Source: Tubiluchus corallicola (lineage: Eukaryota > Animalia > Priapulida). From it: 64,000 bases of DNA. A program made the translations under genes and the position numbers. Shown here piece by piece: positions 31,325-44,354 of this stretch (position 1 is the first letter of the stretch; each line of letters opens with the position of its first letter). Location of the stretch: assembly GCA_030141605.1 (NCBI GenBank), contig JAQGDQ010000003.1, forward strand, positions 1,798,001 to 1,862,000, written 5' to 3'. The notes beneath the pieces were generated by a model. It saw only the letters and a program-made list of their open reading frames with translations. It ran no database searches and had not been told where the DNA came from.

Positions 31325-32270
31325 AGATTATGTTTCTTCCAATATAAGTATGTTTGTAGATGATATTAAATTATTTAGAGAAATCAAGTCAGAGTTTGAC
31401 TATGCAGTGCTTCAGCTTGACTTTAATTCTGTTCGGACTATTCTAATCAGTGCCTTTTGCACATGAAGCCTGTTACGTGTGCACTGTTCCGTATGAGAAG
31501 TTATGTTAGTTATAATTAAGCAATAAATAATGGCAGTCTTTGAGGTTTAAAGACCAAGGAGTGATCATGTCTAGTCATTTGAAGTTTAATATCATATTGA
31601 TAATTAGAAAAGGAAGCCAGCAGACGTATTGGTATGATAAAAAGCAAAATACAGTGCAGAGATTGTTCTGTCATTTTGCTTTTATATAAAAGTTTGGTCT
31701 GTCCTTTGTTGGAATATGCTGCTGTTGTATGGTTGCCACAGCATATTACATATATTCAATGCCTTGAAGCAATTCAGAAGCATTGTGTTCACTTGGCGAA
31801 TGACATTCATTTATCGTCTCAAAGTTCTATGTCTTCTCTAGAACAAAGATGTAGTACTACTGAAATGGCAAATGCACATAAGATTTTGAATGGTGATACT
31901 ATACTGCGGTTAACTGAATTCTTTTTCAGACCCTTTCATTGGCTTTGCAGACATCCTAATAAAGTATAGAAAACATTTGTCCGTTATATTTTTGACCACA
32001 GAGATGTCATATGGAATCCATCTAGACTGAATGCAATCAGCAAAGTGGAATCTGTTCAATGTACAGCTACAAAATTAGTTTCTAGCATGAGACGTCTAAC
32101 GTATTCAGAACGGATGAGAAATTTGGAAATCCCTTTACTGAGATTTCGAAAAAGAGGTGATTTGATCTTGATGTTTCGTATCAAGAACAATCTGACTAAA
32201 CTACAGCCTGGTCATTTTTTTGCTAATAATCTATGAGGTACTTGATAAAAAGGTTATTAAACCCAGATGC
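31325..32270 (+). mobile_element. Decayed CR1-type LINE reverse-transcriptase fragments
   Basis: SMFVDDIKLFREI (FADD motif), LYKSLVCPLLEYAAVVW, LTYSERMRNLEIPLLRFRKRGDLILMFRI, broken by stops and frameshifts. Probably two fragments. Confidence 0.8.
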
Positions 32271-33650
32271 ATAGACATAGACTATAGAATGCAAATAGAC
32301 TATGATTGCTACAATTATTAATTAATCAGGATAAATTATGAATAAGGCAAAGAGTTAGGGGGTGCAGGAGAAAGGGTAGCGAAAAGTCAATTGGTCATCA
32401 AGTCATCTACTCTTCTCGGGTTAGTGTAAATTGTAAAAAAATTGTAACGCTGCTAATTATACAGTGTAATATAATTATGAGGTACAATGAGAAATGCAGA
32501 AACAGGAACAGATTTATGTTTAGGACTGTCAATGATTGGAATTATTAAATACTATGTGCCACTGATGCTTCACACTTAAGTCACAACTGGATCAGTATTG
32601 GAAGAACCATCCTGAAATGTGTCACGACCCATTTCTGCCTGAATGGACTCTATTAGCGAAGAATTAAAGACCTGACTATATCCCACAATGGCATAGTATT
32701 AACAGTTACATCGTTTAACCGGATCCACAACGTTATGTGTACAATCAAGTAACAACCATGGGCAAAAAGCTATTACTCGTCCAAATCATCGATGGTAATT
32801 TAATTTGTTTTTTAAATTATCTTTGGAAATTAACTGTAGCCATAATGTAAGAAAATAACTGATGGTTTCGTGATAATTTCCATTTTTTCAACTACCTGTT
32901 AGTCAATAACCGTTTTGTTCATTCTGACAAAAAACAATAGCACACTTCTTAATAATAAACTCTGAGGAGTTTTAGTTTTAGTCAAGATTTCCCATACTAC
33001 TCTACAAGTTGTTGTGAATTGGCGAAGTTCGTAAAGTTTTTTGTAGAGGTTTACTTCTTGAACGTGACATTCACTTTGGAATTTTTATTATGTTAACCGA
33101 AATGCAATAGTGGAATGGATGTTTTATAATGCATGTAAAATTTGGTCCAGTGTTAAATGTTTTAATACCATTGCTATTTTCGTAACATTAATATTGAATT
33201 ATTATAATTAATAATATTAAATTGTTAATTATGTTTTTCGGTTATGATATTTTATTGATTTTGTATGTTTTATAATTGCTTCACGATCAATGCTGAAATT
33301 AAGTTAAATGACTTAAACCTATAACGTATGCCTCTGTTGCATACTTCTGACAAACTATGTCTATATATTATAGTATCTGTATGGCTATACCATAATTTTA
33401 GACACATCAAGAAAAACACAGCAAAGACACTAAGTAGGACGTTGAGACTTGCTTGACATTCCCGTGTACGGCCTTGGCATATACTACCTCACCGTGTACC
33501 ACAGCAGCACTGCATTGCACGGTGAAGCAGCATACTATCCCGCTGGAGTAGACAGGGCTGTTGAGCAAGCACAAACATCCCATGTAATATTGCACTAAAC
33601 ACACCAAACTGAGATATTGATCACTGACGAGACTACTAGCACAGCTACAG

Positions 33651-34250
33651 GTACACGATGATACTATCTTTTAGATCGTATCGCTAACACCACCATCTGT
33701 TAGAAGAGAGAATACAAGCACGTAGGGAAGATTAGAGGGGTAAAAAGCTATCATTTATGTTGAACCACCATTAACACTGTAAGCCTATATAATGAAAGCA
33801 CAGCAGCACAGCTATGGCACCTTTTGTCCAAAAGAGAGAGCAGCAACAATGACGACCTTAAAAAAATTTTCACACTGCTCACACACTCTTTTGCTATTTC
33901 GCTGTTATATCAGTTTACATTGTTTACTGATCTCCACTTTGTATATTAATCCTGGCTTGTCATTCAGCATGAATCTCACTTTCTGTGTAAATATGATGTC
34001 ATTGTTTTTTGATTATAGCTGATATATGGCTTCCAGTTTACACAGCTGAACTTTTGGCTTAATGGAAAACATGTGTATGATGTAGTCCTTGTAGGTGCTT
34101 TCCTTATTTAGGCTCACAGTGTTGATAGTGGTTCAGCATAAATAGTCACTTTTTAACCGTCTAATCTTCTCTGGGTGCTTTACTTGTATCCTGTCTTCTA
34201 ACAGATGGTGGTGTTAGCAATATAATGTGGAAGATAGTATCACCATGTAC
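33651..34250. mobile_element. Foldback/MITE-like element with ~140-bp imperfect inverted arms
   Basis: 33651-33787 is the reverse complement of 34109-34250 (for example GCTAACACCACCATCTGTTAGAAGA / TCTTCTAACAGATGGTGGTGTTAGC). Confidence 0.75.
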
Positions 34251-34356
34251 ATGTACTAGCGTTGAAATGTCATTTCGTAGGTTTCCTCGACAATCCAAGT
34301 ATCTTCGTGCCCCTGGGGAAATCTGGGATTAATGAATATCCCAGGTTGGTTAGCCC

Positions 34357-34900
34357 AGAAATGAGCTTTGAACTGTGGAACTGAAATAGCATTTACAACA
34401 TTCTCAGGTAGCTTATTCCAAGTTTGTGACACGAGCTGGAAAGAATTTCTGTCTTCCTTCCCTTTGACAAATAGGTTTCTCGTTAACTTTAAACAAATGC
34501 CTACTTGTCTAATGTCTAAGTTCAGAAAGTTCAGGCAATTTGATCAACAAGCCTAATTCTGGGAATTCTGAATGTTTGAATCGAGTCATGCCTGTCTGCT
34601 ATATTTAAGTGCTGTAAGTCTTTCCATGACTGAGTCATTCAGCAATCTCTGGAACCATGCTAGGTACTTGTCCATGAATGCTTTCGAGTTCACAAATCGT
34701 GTCATATCTGGAAGGATTCCAGGTTACGTCAGCATAATCTAGCACAGGCCTTGCCATTGATTTATAGAGACTGATCAGCACACCAGTGCCCAAATATTTG
34801 AAACTGAGCTTTTCTAAACTGCCTACTTAGATGTTTCATGGATGTGACTTGTAAAAAACTCAGCTTATTGTCCACAATAATGCCCCCTTTTTTCAGTTTC
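34357..34900 (-). mobile_element. Decayed CR1-type LINE ORF2 3' part
   Basis: Minus-strand peptides LYKSMARPVLDYADVTWNP and TWNKLPENVVNAISVPQF. Confidence 0.75.
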
Positions 34901-35559
34901 AAATATTCAGTTGTACTGAGACGACTATTATGAGTTATCATATACTTGGTGAGTCATGGAGCTTTGGTTGCGGATATTCATAACTTTAAGCTCATTTTAA
35001 ACTGGTTAAAGCTCATGCATATGCCAAGTATTGCACTAATACGCCTTTTCACAATTTCTTTGTGCACACGTACAGTTGCTGTAGGTCACAGGTTAAATGT
35101 ACCACTGCAACGCATCTTAGCTACAAATGTCACGTGACATGTGGGTAAAGCAAAGGCTTCGGCAGCTTCAGTTCAATAACTTCAATTGTTTTACATGAAC
35201 TTTACTTAATTATGCATTAATCTGTGCTTAGAGTGATTTACTAGCAGTATCTTGCTTGGAAACAAGAAAAAATGAACTAGATAAGGTTCTAGCTAGCTGT
35301 TAGAACTGTTACTATTATGACAGCATACAGCATAGGCTGCTAGGTGTTGTCAAGTGTACACAAATGCGTTGTCTGGTACACTTAGCTTTTGACCTTTTCA
35401 CGATCATCGTCAATCGCTGGAACTGCGAAAAGGCTAATTATATGCACTTTCTACATTAATTTGCATGTGGTCAACTATGGTTATCACTCCATCGTAAATT
35501 TTAGTAGGTATCATAAAAAATAGTTTGATTCCACAAGTGGAAATACTCGCTTCCTTGTG

Positions 35560-37200
35560 CGATGCCAGTAATAACAAATCTCTATTCTGATTGAAACCCA
35601 TTTATTATCATAAATTGCATCCTACTTTGCTACTTTGAAGAAAGCCACAAATCCATCTCACTAGTGTGACCTTCAATACCATATGCTTGAAGTTTACATA
35701 AAAGCCACTCATGTCTCAAACTGTCAAGTGCCTATAAGAAATCATAGTAGATCACATTCTCTCCTCCTCTAGTACTCCTGTATAGCTTCCAAAAGCTTAG
35801 TGCCACATGATTTGCTTGCCCTGTTGGTTATTTTGTTCTGAGTGACTAATAATTTTGTCTCGTAGAATAACCTCCGGAATTGAATCCTGATGTTAAACTA
35901 ATAGGTCTGTAGTTTTTGGCAATGCTCCTATCTCCTTTAATGAAATTTGCTGTCACATTCAATTTTGCAACTCCCTGAAATGCTTCCTTCTTCTAGACTT
36001 TGTTCATAATCTGCAGAATGGGTTTCATCAGGACATCCTTATTGTCAACTAAAACATTTGCATGAAATTCATCAGGTTCCATACATTAGTCCATGGAGAT
36101 TGTTTTATTGCATAAAACGCATCGAGAGTTTTCTGTTTAACATCGAATGTAGCATTTGTTCGCTGTGGACAGTTCAGGATATATATTATATTCTCATTAG
36201 TCTAGATAAAGGTGAAATAGTCTTGCAAGGTTTTCACTTTATCAGTGACAGTGAATGCACTATTACTATCCTCCCATTTCAGTGTGTGTACATGTTCCTT
36301 CCTCATCGTATTTGAATTAATATAGGACCAGAAAGCATTTGAACTGGTTGAACATTCTCGAGAGATCTTTCATAATTTTTCGTGACATTTCATACTGCAG
36401 CAGTTGTGTCATTCCTAGCTTTAGCATATATAATTAGAGGACGAGTTTTGTGTTTCTTATGTTCGCCATGCGGCCTTTTTTCTTTCAGTTTATGTCACAC
36501 TACTTCATAAACCATCTAAATTTTACCACTTTAATGATAGTTTGAAATTTGGTGGAGTATTTGTTCAAATTTCTCACGTCTACTAGCATCCTTTCCATCA
36601 AAGATGGAATCCGAATTTTCCAGATCCAATTTGTGAGCAATTGCACTTTTCTTTGTCTTGTAGAAATTAAATTCCTTAGTTTAGTGTCCTTCACTTCCCA
36701 GTGAATATTAACTGCAAAGGAAATAATCAAGTGATCACTTTTAAATAACAGCATCAAGAATTGTAGATCGTTAGTCATTTCATCATTGTTTACTATCAAC
36801 AAATCAGTAATGGTTGGTGTTTGCCTGGTTCTGTATCTTTCTTCGAAATTTTATTAACTGGTTCAGATAGTTACCTCATAGTAGATTTAGAAATTTACTT
36901 TCCAAACTGATTTCTGAATAAGAGGTTGACAAATTTTTCCATGTGATGTTGCTAGATGAAGATCTTCTCCGATAGACACCAACAAACAGCAAATCAGAGT
37001 TTTTTGTTAGATTCAGTTTGACCCAGTTAGAAAAATTGTAAATGTTTAATAGTGAGTTTATCTCTATAACAGGAAGATTTGTTTTCCATTTAAATTGTAA
37101 AATAAGTAGTACTCTTGCAAATCAAGCTATCGTTTCTCCAAAGGAAATGCTGCATTTTTAGAATTCATCTTGGATAAAAGAATTATATCTGATTGCAAAG
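35560..37200 (-). mobile_element. Decayed CR1-type LINE ORF2 (endonuclease to RT N-terminus)
   Basis: Minus-strand VGVYR, SDHLIISF, AKNYRPISLT (35920-35891) and KSCGTKLLEAI, with many disablements. Confidence 0.75.
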
Positions 37201-37692
37201 TACACATCTTAGTTTCAAATTCACTAAACTCATTAGTGATGTGTTCCACATTTGTAAAAACAAGTATTTACATATTTATCAACAAAGTTAGTAGATAGAA
37301 CATAATTTATTTACTTACACACACTAAAAGTGCAATGACTGAGATAAATTAAGTGCTACTACTTCAGATTACCTTTGCTGCTGTTTATGTTTACCACAAA
37401 CTATGCAACATGTTCTGAATGACAAAATATTGTTTCTTTAACACTACTAACTCAAGGCATAGAGACATGCGGAACTTAGTTCATTAGCACTTGTAAGAAA
37501 TTCACTGATTTTGCAAAACAATTTTACCTCACTTTTCATGGCACTAAACCACACAATTGCTTCACCATCAGGATTATACTTAACAAAAAAGTTCGTGTTT
37601 TTTAGTGCTGTAATCAATCTACGTAAGTTTAATAATATATATATTTTGTGTGTGTTGCAAATTTAGGGCAAAGTTCCATTGAATGATCTCTG

Positions 37693-40600
37693 ATGGCAAG
37701 TTTTGAAGTGTTACCTGGAACAAACATACAAAAAGAGTAAGTTCACTCAGTTTACTTTTCACTGCGCCGTTAAACTGCTGTTGATTTTTGTGTATGTATT
37801 TGCTGCTTTATGCCTTAGATTTTGGTCTTGTATATGGGTCTGCTCAGTGCTGGGCTTTATAAACTCATTTAGATTTTGCGGATAAACTTGACTATGGTGG
37901 TATTACAATACTTTTTAGTGTATCATTAGTGCTGATTTTTAAAACAAAAAACAGACACTTATTGCAGAAGCTGTCCCCTACTTTTTCATCAGCAAGTTGT
38001 GTAATTCAATTTCATAAATTCCAGATAAAGCTTATATATTACCCTAGCCTATCGCTATTATGACATCAGGTGTATTTGCATATAAGTGGATCTTTATAAC
38101 GTTTTGCACAGTTCTGACTCAGTGTAAATTTCTAAAAAGCTAATATAGGCTCTGACGTATTTGTTGTTGGAATATTAGGTATTTTTTTCATAAGCAAGAC
38201 ATTATGTGGGTTGAATGCACATTACTGATCGTTGATAGGCAAATCTAATAACGTATATCGTATTGCAATTATGGGATGCATAGAACTGAACTTGAACAAA
38301 ATGTATTTGCTAGGCCTCGTAATAATTATTAATTTTTGGTTAATCCGAATTACTAATTAGATAGTATGACTTACATGTGTTTGCAGGACATTTGTTTGAT
38401 TATCTATTAATTTTGTAAAGTATTACTAAAATTGCTTTCAGAGAAACTACAGAGCAAAAAAATAACATTGAGACTGCTGAGACATCTGTTCCTGAACAGT
38501 CGCTTAAGTGCCATATTTGCCCATCAATTTTTCTAGCAACTCAGGATGATTTTGAAGAACATATGGATTGCCATGTTGATGGTAAGTTTGTTAATATTAA
38601 CATTAAATGCTATTTAAATATTTAATTACTTTTATGTTTTTTGTTCTGTTTTGGTATGTTCAAAAAACATACTTTAACAAAAGGGCAATAATAAAATGCT
38701 CCAATGAATAAGTACACAATGAAAAAATTACAAGTTTTATGGTATCTTTTTTAATGTACTACTTCTTCAAAGTCATTTTGAGGGACCTTGAATAAATTAT
38801 ATGTTTGCTTAAGAAAACTGGCATTCTTAATACATTTGCAGTCAGTTACAAGGAAAACCCTTTTTAGAAACCATTATATTTTTTGATTTTACAAAAATTA
38901 TTAATAATGATTACAGTATACCCTAATGGCTTCTTATATTTCTCGTGGCAGTTTATGGTTTCAAATGGTAAACAAACACTTGTTTTACCGCATTTTTCTT
39001 GATGTTTACAGTATTTTAATCTTTTGTTACTATGATTTTTCTTATTATAACTATTGCTATGTTCTCTTTTTTATTTTTTGATAGGTGAGGAATATTTTAA
39101 GTGTCCTCACTGCACAAAGATTACAAAGTCATGGACTCGAATGGGAAAGCATCTTGGCTATCATACTGGAAAAGAATTTAAACGTATAACATGTAAAAAA
39201 AGTGATGTTAAGGTTTTACAGTTCATGTAAGTAAAAATACGTAAATTTAACTGCTTTCGGAGAGAAATTTATTTGTGGTGATGCAGAATGCCTAAAGCTT
39301 TGTTGCCTAAATCACTGAGCCATGTATTTGAGGTATACATGGGAATAAAAAAGAAGAAAGACAAGCCGTGGTTAATCATTATTTTAAGTACATGTTTACC
39401 ATAGTAACACTACTAGTTTTCATCGCAACTGGTAATAAAATAGCAGTTGATTTCATATTTTGTGCAGTACCTGACATAGAACTAGGGTTATGTATGGTGG
39501 CATGTGACTGGGCTGTTGAGTAAATGGACAGAAATTTGACTATTTTTATAGTATTAAGTATCGTGTGTAGCTATATCTTTTGATAATAACAAAATAACAA
39601 CAGCCACAGCAGTGTAACAAATTACTTACTTTTCATCTGCTTTGTAGGTGTAACACTTGTCAACGGCTTTTTACTTCTAAAACAGTACTAAAAAGACATG
39701 AAACTCAAGTTCATGGAGTTGTCAATCCTTACATTTGCCATATATGTGACTGCTGTTTTAAGTATGAGAAAGCATACAAACGACATATGGATATACACTC
39801 CAACATCTTATACCAGTAAGTGTTAACTTGAAGATGAATTACTGTATAAATGTGCATTATGAATGACTTTACAGGCAAAGTGTGAAATCGAGCATTCTAT
39901 AGAATGATTAAGCATTTTATGGAGTACCAGAACATACCAGTCAAAATTTCTAAACTGATTTGTTCTACACTTTTTCTAGGCACTATGTATAATGTAAAAG
40001 TTTGTCTAGGTAAGTATGTAATTCTTAGGTAACTAAGTACTTTTCTTAGGTATTTTATAGAATGCTGATTTTTAAATAGTATAAAAATAAAATAAATGAT
40101 AAATTGTTTTGGTAATAATTTTCCTAGGCATTTTTATATAATGTCATTTTATCTTATGACATGTGTGAATTTCAAATAAGTCATTGATCAGCATGCTTGC
40201 AAATTTGTGTAGCAATTCATTTGTTGGCCTTGTCTCTGAGAACTTAAGTGCTAGTGTTGTTCTTCTGTGGTAGTGACCAATTCTTGTAAGAAACATGTGG
40301 TGACACAAATGCCATTTGAGACTTGTCGAATCTTGATCTTGTTGTGTTGCCGCTTCCTTCTTCACTTCTCTTCTTCCTTTTAAGGCTTAAAAATGCTGGA
40401 TTCCACTGTGGATGGTCCGACACTAGTTGGAATGCAACTGGTTTTATTTTTCGAAAGTTTTGACTTTGATTCCTGTTTATTTGAGAGTGGATTTCTATTG
40501 GTCTTTGTAGTGATAACCGGTTGTCCATTCAGTTACAGTGAAGAAAATTTGACGAGGATTTTTGGTCTTCTGCATTATGACATGTTGATATGATTTCTGT

Positions 40601-42619
40601 TTATTTTTACCACTTTAGTTTAAACATAGTTTGCTCAGCTTAGATTAGACATTTTTTTTAAATTTTGACACTTTAGTACTAGAGTTATCATTGTTTATTG
40701 TAATATTACATTTAAAATCCCTTAAAATTATTTATAATGGTATATAATTAAATCTAAAGTTTGGTCAAAAATATTTTCAGATGTGAACACTGTGATTATA
40801 ATTCTAGGATCAGGTCAAACATTCGAACGCACATGAATATACATGAGGTATTATATAAAGCAATTTTCAGTTTTCTGCCACTTACTGCACTGAATATATG
40901 ACCAAGATATATGTCAGTGAGGTCACCCTATGTCATTACAGTTATTATAGTGCAAACAACACTGAAATTAGTAATTGGCATATTTTCAGGCATGGAATTC
41001 GTTTTGTTTTAATAATGTTACATTGCGTTTTTTAAACTGATGTAAACTGTAGCTGTCCGAATAAAAAGTGTTACCTGTGGGATTTTACAACACTTGAGAT
41101 CATAACTAAAGAAAAGACAGGTGTTGCCATATAACAACAATTAACTGAGGTAATACCTCATTTCTTTGCATAATGTTTAATGCTAATGAATAATAATTAA
41201 TCAATAATAATTATGATTATTTGGAATATATTTATTTTTTATAGTTTCTATTAATATGTACACTGTACAGTGCTTTTACTGCAATTAACATAGCCCTGAA
41301 TGCACCCTGTAATCTTGATTACCATTTCTTTTCAGGGGAGAGGACATGCTTGTGAAGTTTGTGGGAAGCTATTCACCATGCCTTGCAGGCTTCGTAAGCA
41401 TCAGGAGATGCACACTCGACCAGCTGAGCTTCGCTTTCCCTGTACTGAATGCGACAAATTATTCAGCACTAAGGCTTCACTACAGATGCATACAAAACGA
41501 GCTCATACCACCACTTCCTGTATAAAGTGCCAACATTGCGACTATGTTGGCAAAGATAAATCCTACTTACAGGTATTTACAAGATGTTTTGTTGCAAGAT
41601 ATCTTTAATATTTGTCACTGGATACTTGACTCTAATTCTGAAAAAACAGCATTTGTTTTTGATGATGATTTTATTGGTAATTTTGTAATCCAAATTCTGT
41701 CAAAGAAACTTAACAACTTACGAACAACCTAAAATTAATTTATGTTATTGCATTTTCTTGAAGGTGAAAAGTGAATTCTAAAACTTTTAGCCATGATTTT
41801 TACAGGACATGCACCTTTGCAGCATTTTCGCATTCCTGTAGGGTACAATTGTGTGAATTTCATATTGTGGTCACTGTTATAATCACTTCAAAATGGATTG
41901 ATTTCACCTCATGGTTTCAGGAGCACATGAGAAAGAAGCACTTCAAGGAATACACCTGCAATCAGTGTGCATATGCAACCTTCAAAAAGTCTACTATGAC
42001 TCGTCACATGGAAACGCATAGGGAGTATCGACCATATCAGTGTCCACACTGCTTCTACCGAGCTCGTGAGCATAAGACTTTATTATCGCACGTACGAAAC
42101 AAACACAGTAAAGATGATAGTAGCATGAGAAAGCATGAATGCCCAATGTGCTTAATGAAGTTTAAATCAAGTAGTATGTTGAAGAGTCACATACCAACCC
42201 ATACGGGCGCTAAACCGCATAAATGTAAACATTGTGATTACTCGGCTAAGCACCGTGCAACACTCTACCGGCACACTCTTAGAAAACACCGCTCTGAGAT
42301 ACGCTTGACGCGGCATCAGACGAATGACATGATTGAGGCTAGTAAAATGAAACAGCAAATGCCTGCAGCTGAAGTACTGTATGATGGGCTAGAAATTCCT
42401 CCTCATATTCAGGTATACGAAGTGACGGAGGGTAATCCCGTTCCTGGGTGCAGTCAGATTGTGCAGTTAGTTGAAGTAGTGGAAGATGGCCCCATCAGCA
42501 GCAAATCTTGGCAGTCGGCAATTTCAGATTGTGTGACCATCGAAACTGATAATGATGCCATCTGCAATGATTCTTGGAATACGTCAATTTCAGATGGTGT
42601 CCATATGCAAGTAGTGTGA
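37693..42619 (+). CDS. C2H2 zinc-finger protein (~12 fingers)
   Basis: Exons 37693-37736 (MASFEVLPGTNIQKE, start less certain), 38442-38581, 39085-39226, 39648-39815, 40781-40847, 41336-41572, 41921-42619. All are GT-AG and phase-compatible, with repeated CxxC..HxxxH and an HTGAKPH linker. Confidence 0.88.
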
Positions 42620-44354
42620 TAGCAAAGCTCAAATGTTTGTGATCAGATAGAATGGCATTTAAGATTTAACATTTTGTACGAAATTGATGCTAAAAATCAG
42701 TTACAGACAGCATGTAATGGTACGAGTGCACATTCTAAGGGGCTGAGTTTGTAACTCTACATTAAGAAATAACAAATTGAATAAAGATGCTGGAAAAACA
42801 TAGATAAAGGATCATCTTTGACCAACCTAAGACTAATTGTGTCTCAGTTCCACAAGTGTAACCCTTCATCCTATTGGTGTTATTGAACATACCATTGACC
42901 TTTCTTTTGGACCTGCTGTTAATAATTTTGCATAAAAATTTCTGTAAAACATTAGCTAGTAGAACTTTTCAGTTAATTCATTTGTTCTCATTTTTTGTAA
43001 TGCTGCTGCAAGTGTAACATAACCCTCAGTTCAATAGATACCCGCTGCACAGATGTCTGAACACTTCCCAAGCATTAATTACAAATAACAAATAATTACA
43101 GCACATACATTCTTCATAATACGATAACGTCAGCTTGAAGTTGCTTAAATTTTATTTGCATTCTGTACAGATACATAGGTACAAACATTTTACAGGGGGC
43201 ATTAGCCTGTTTTGTACAAAAGACATGGTTTGACTTTTTGTGTTTTGACAGATCGTATAAATTACTACTAAACATAAACATTTCCTACAGGCTTTCATAA
43301 GCTTGAATTTTTCATGTCACTAGTTCTACCAGTCGCTGGTTTAAGCATAATCTAATGCTGAAGAAAAGCGTCGAGGTAGATACACAAAGTCAAGTACATA
43401 ATATGGAAACTAGGTTACAAAAACATTAATTAAATTGCAACACAACGCATAAAAATGTCATTTAATACAATGTCAATGAACAAGTAAAAAATAAATAATT
43501 ATTTACAAAAAAAATTAAATACACCTAAATGCCATTGTTAAAAGTAAAGACATACAATAAATTTTGACACACATCAATATCATATCGAAAGTTATTCATT
43601 TATTTATAAAAGATGCACTGTGAAGCTTTACATGTAAAAACATTGCACTACTGATGTCTAAGCATAGTCAGCATACCAACTATAAAATCAGGCTACTTCT
43701 TAATACTCCCTTGGGAGAAATGAGTGCAGCTATCACATATCTACATTTCTAAGTGGAGTAATGCTCTATTTTATTATCACTCAACATGTGCAAGTGCGCA
43801 AAAATTTTTCATCTTTTGCTGTTCAAGCTAGTTCATAATATTTTCAACATGAGCATGGTGTAATTATTGCTTTCGGTAAACTCGGATTGAAGCCAGATGC
43901 GCAAATGTAGATAAGTTTGCATCGTAGATTTTCAGTGTTTAGCACTGCGGGATGAAAACATTCAAAATGCCAGTCTGTGAGCATGACGTAAATAGGAGCT
44001 AAAGAACATAGGAGCTAAAGAACAGCATGAAAATACTTCTCTAAGTATAGAACAGCAAAAAATCACCAGTAAATCAGACGGTTTTCTTCAACTTGATCAC
44101 ATAAGTCACTTATAATTATGTTAAAAAGTTTATCTACATCAAGTGCATCAGGCATGTCACTGTAGTCTAACTACCCTCCACATATCAGTATCTGCATTAT
44201 CAGGCAAAAAGTGTGTAGTCATTGGTTTTTCAACTTGAAAGTCATCCAGCATAAAAAGAGGATGTCTGCATCATACACACTCCACTGATTGCACTGCACA
44301 AACTATCTTTCTTTGAAATCCACAAAATTTATCCATTTTACTTATATTTACAGA

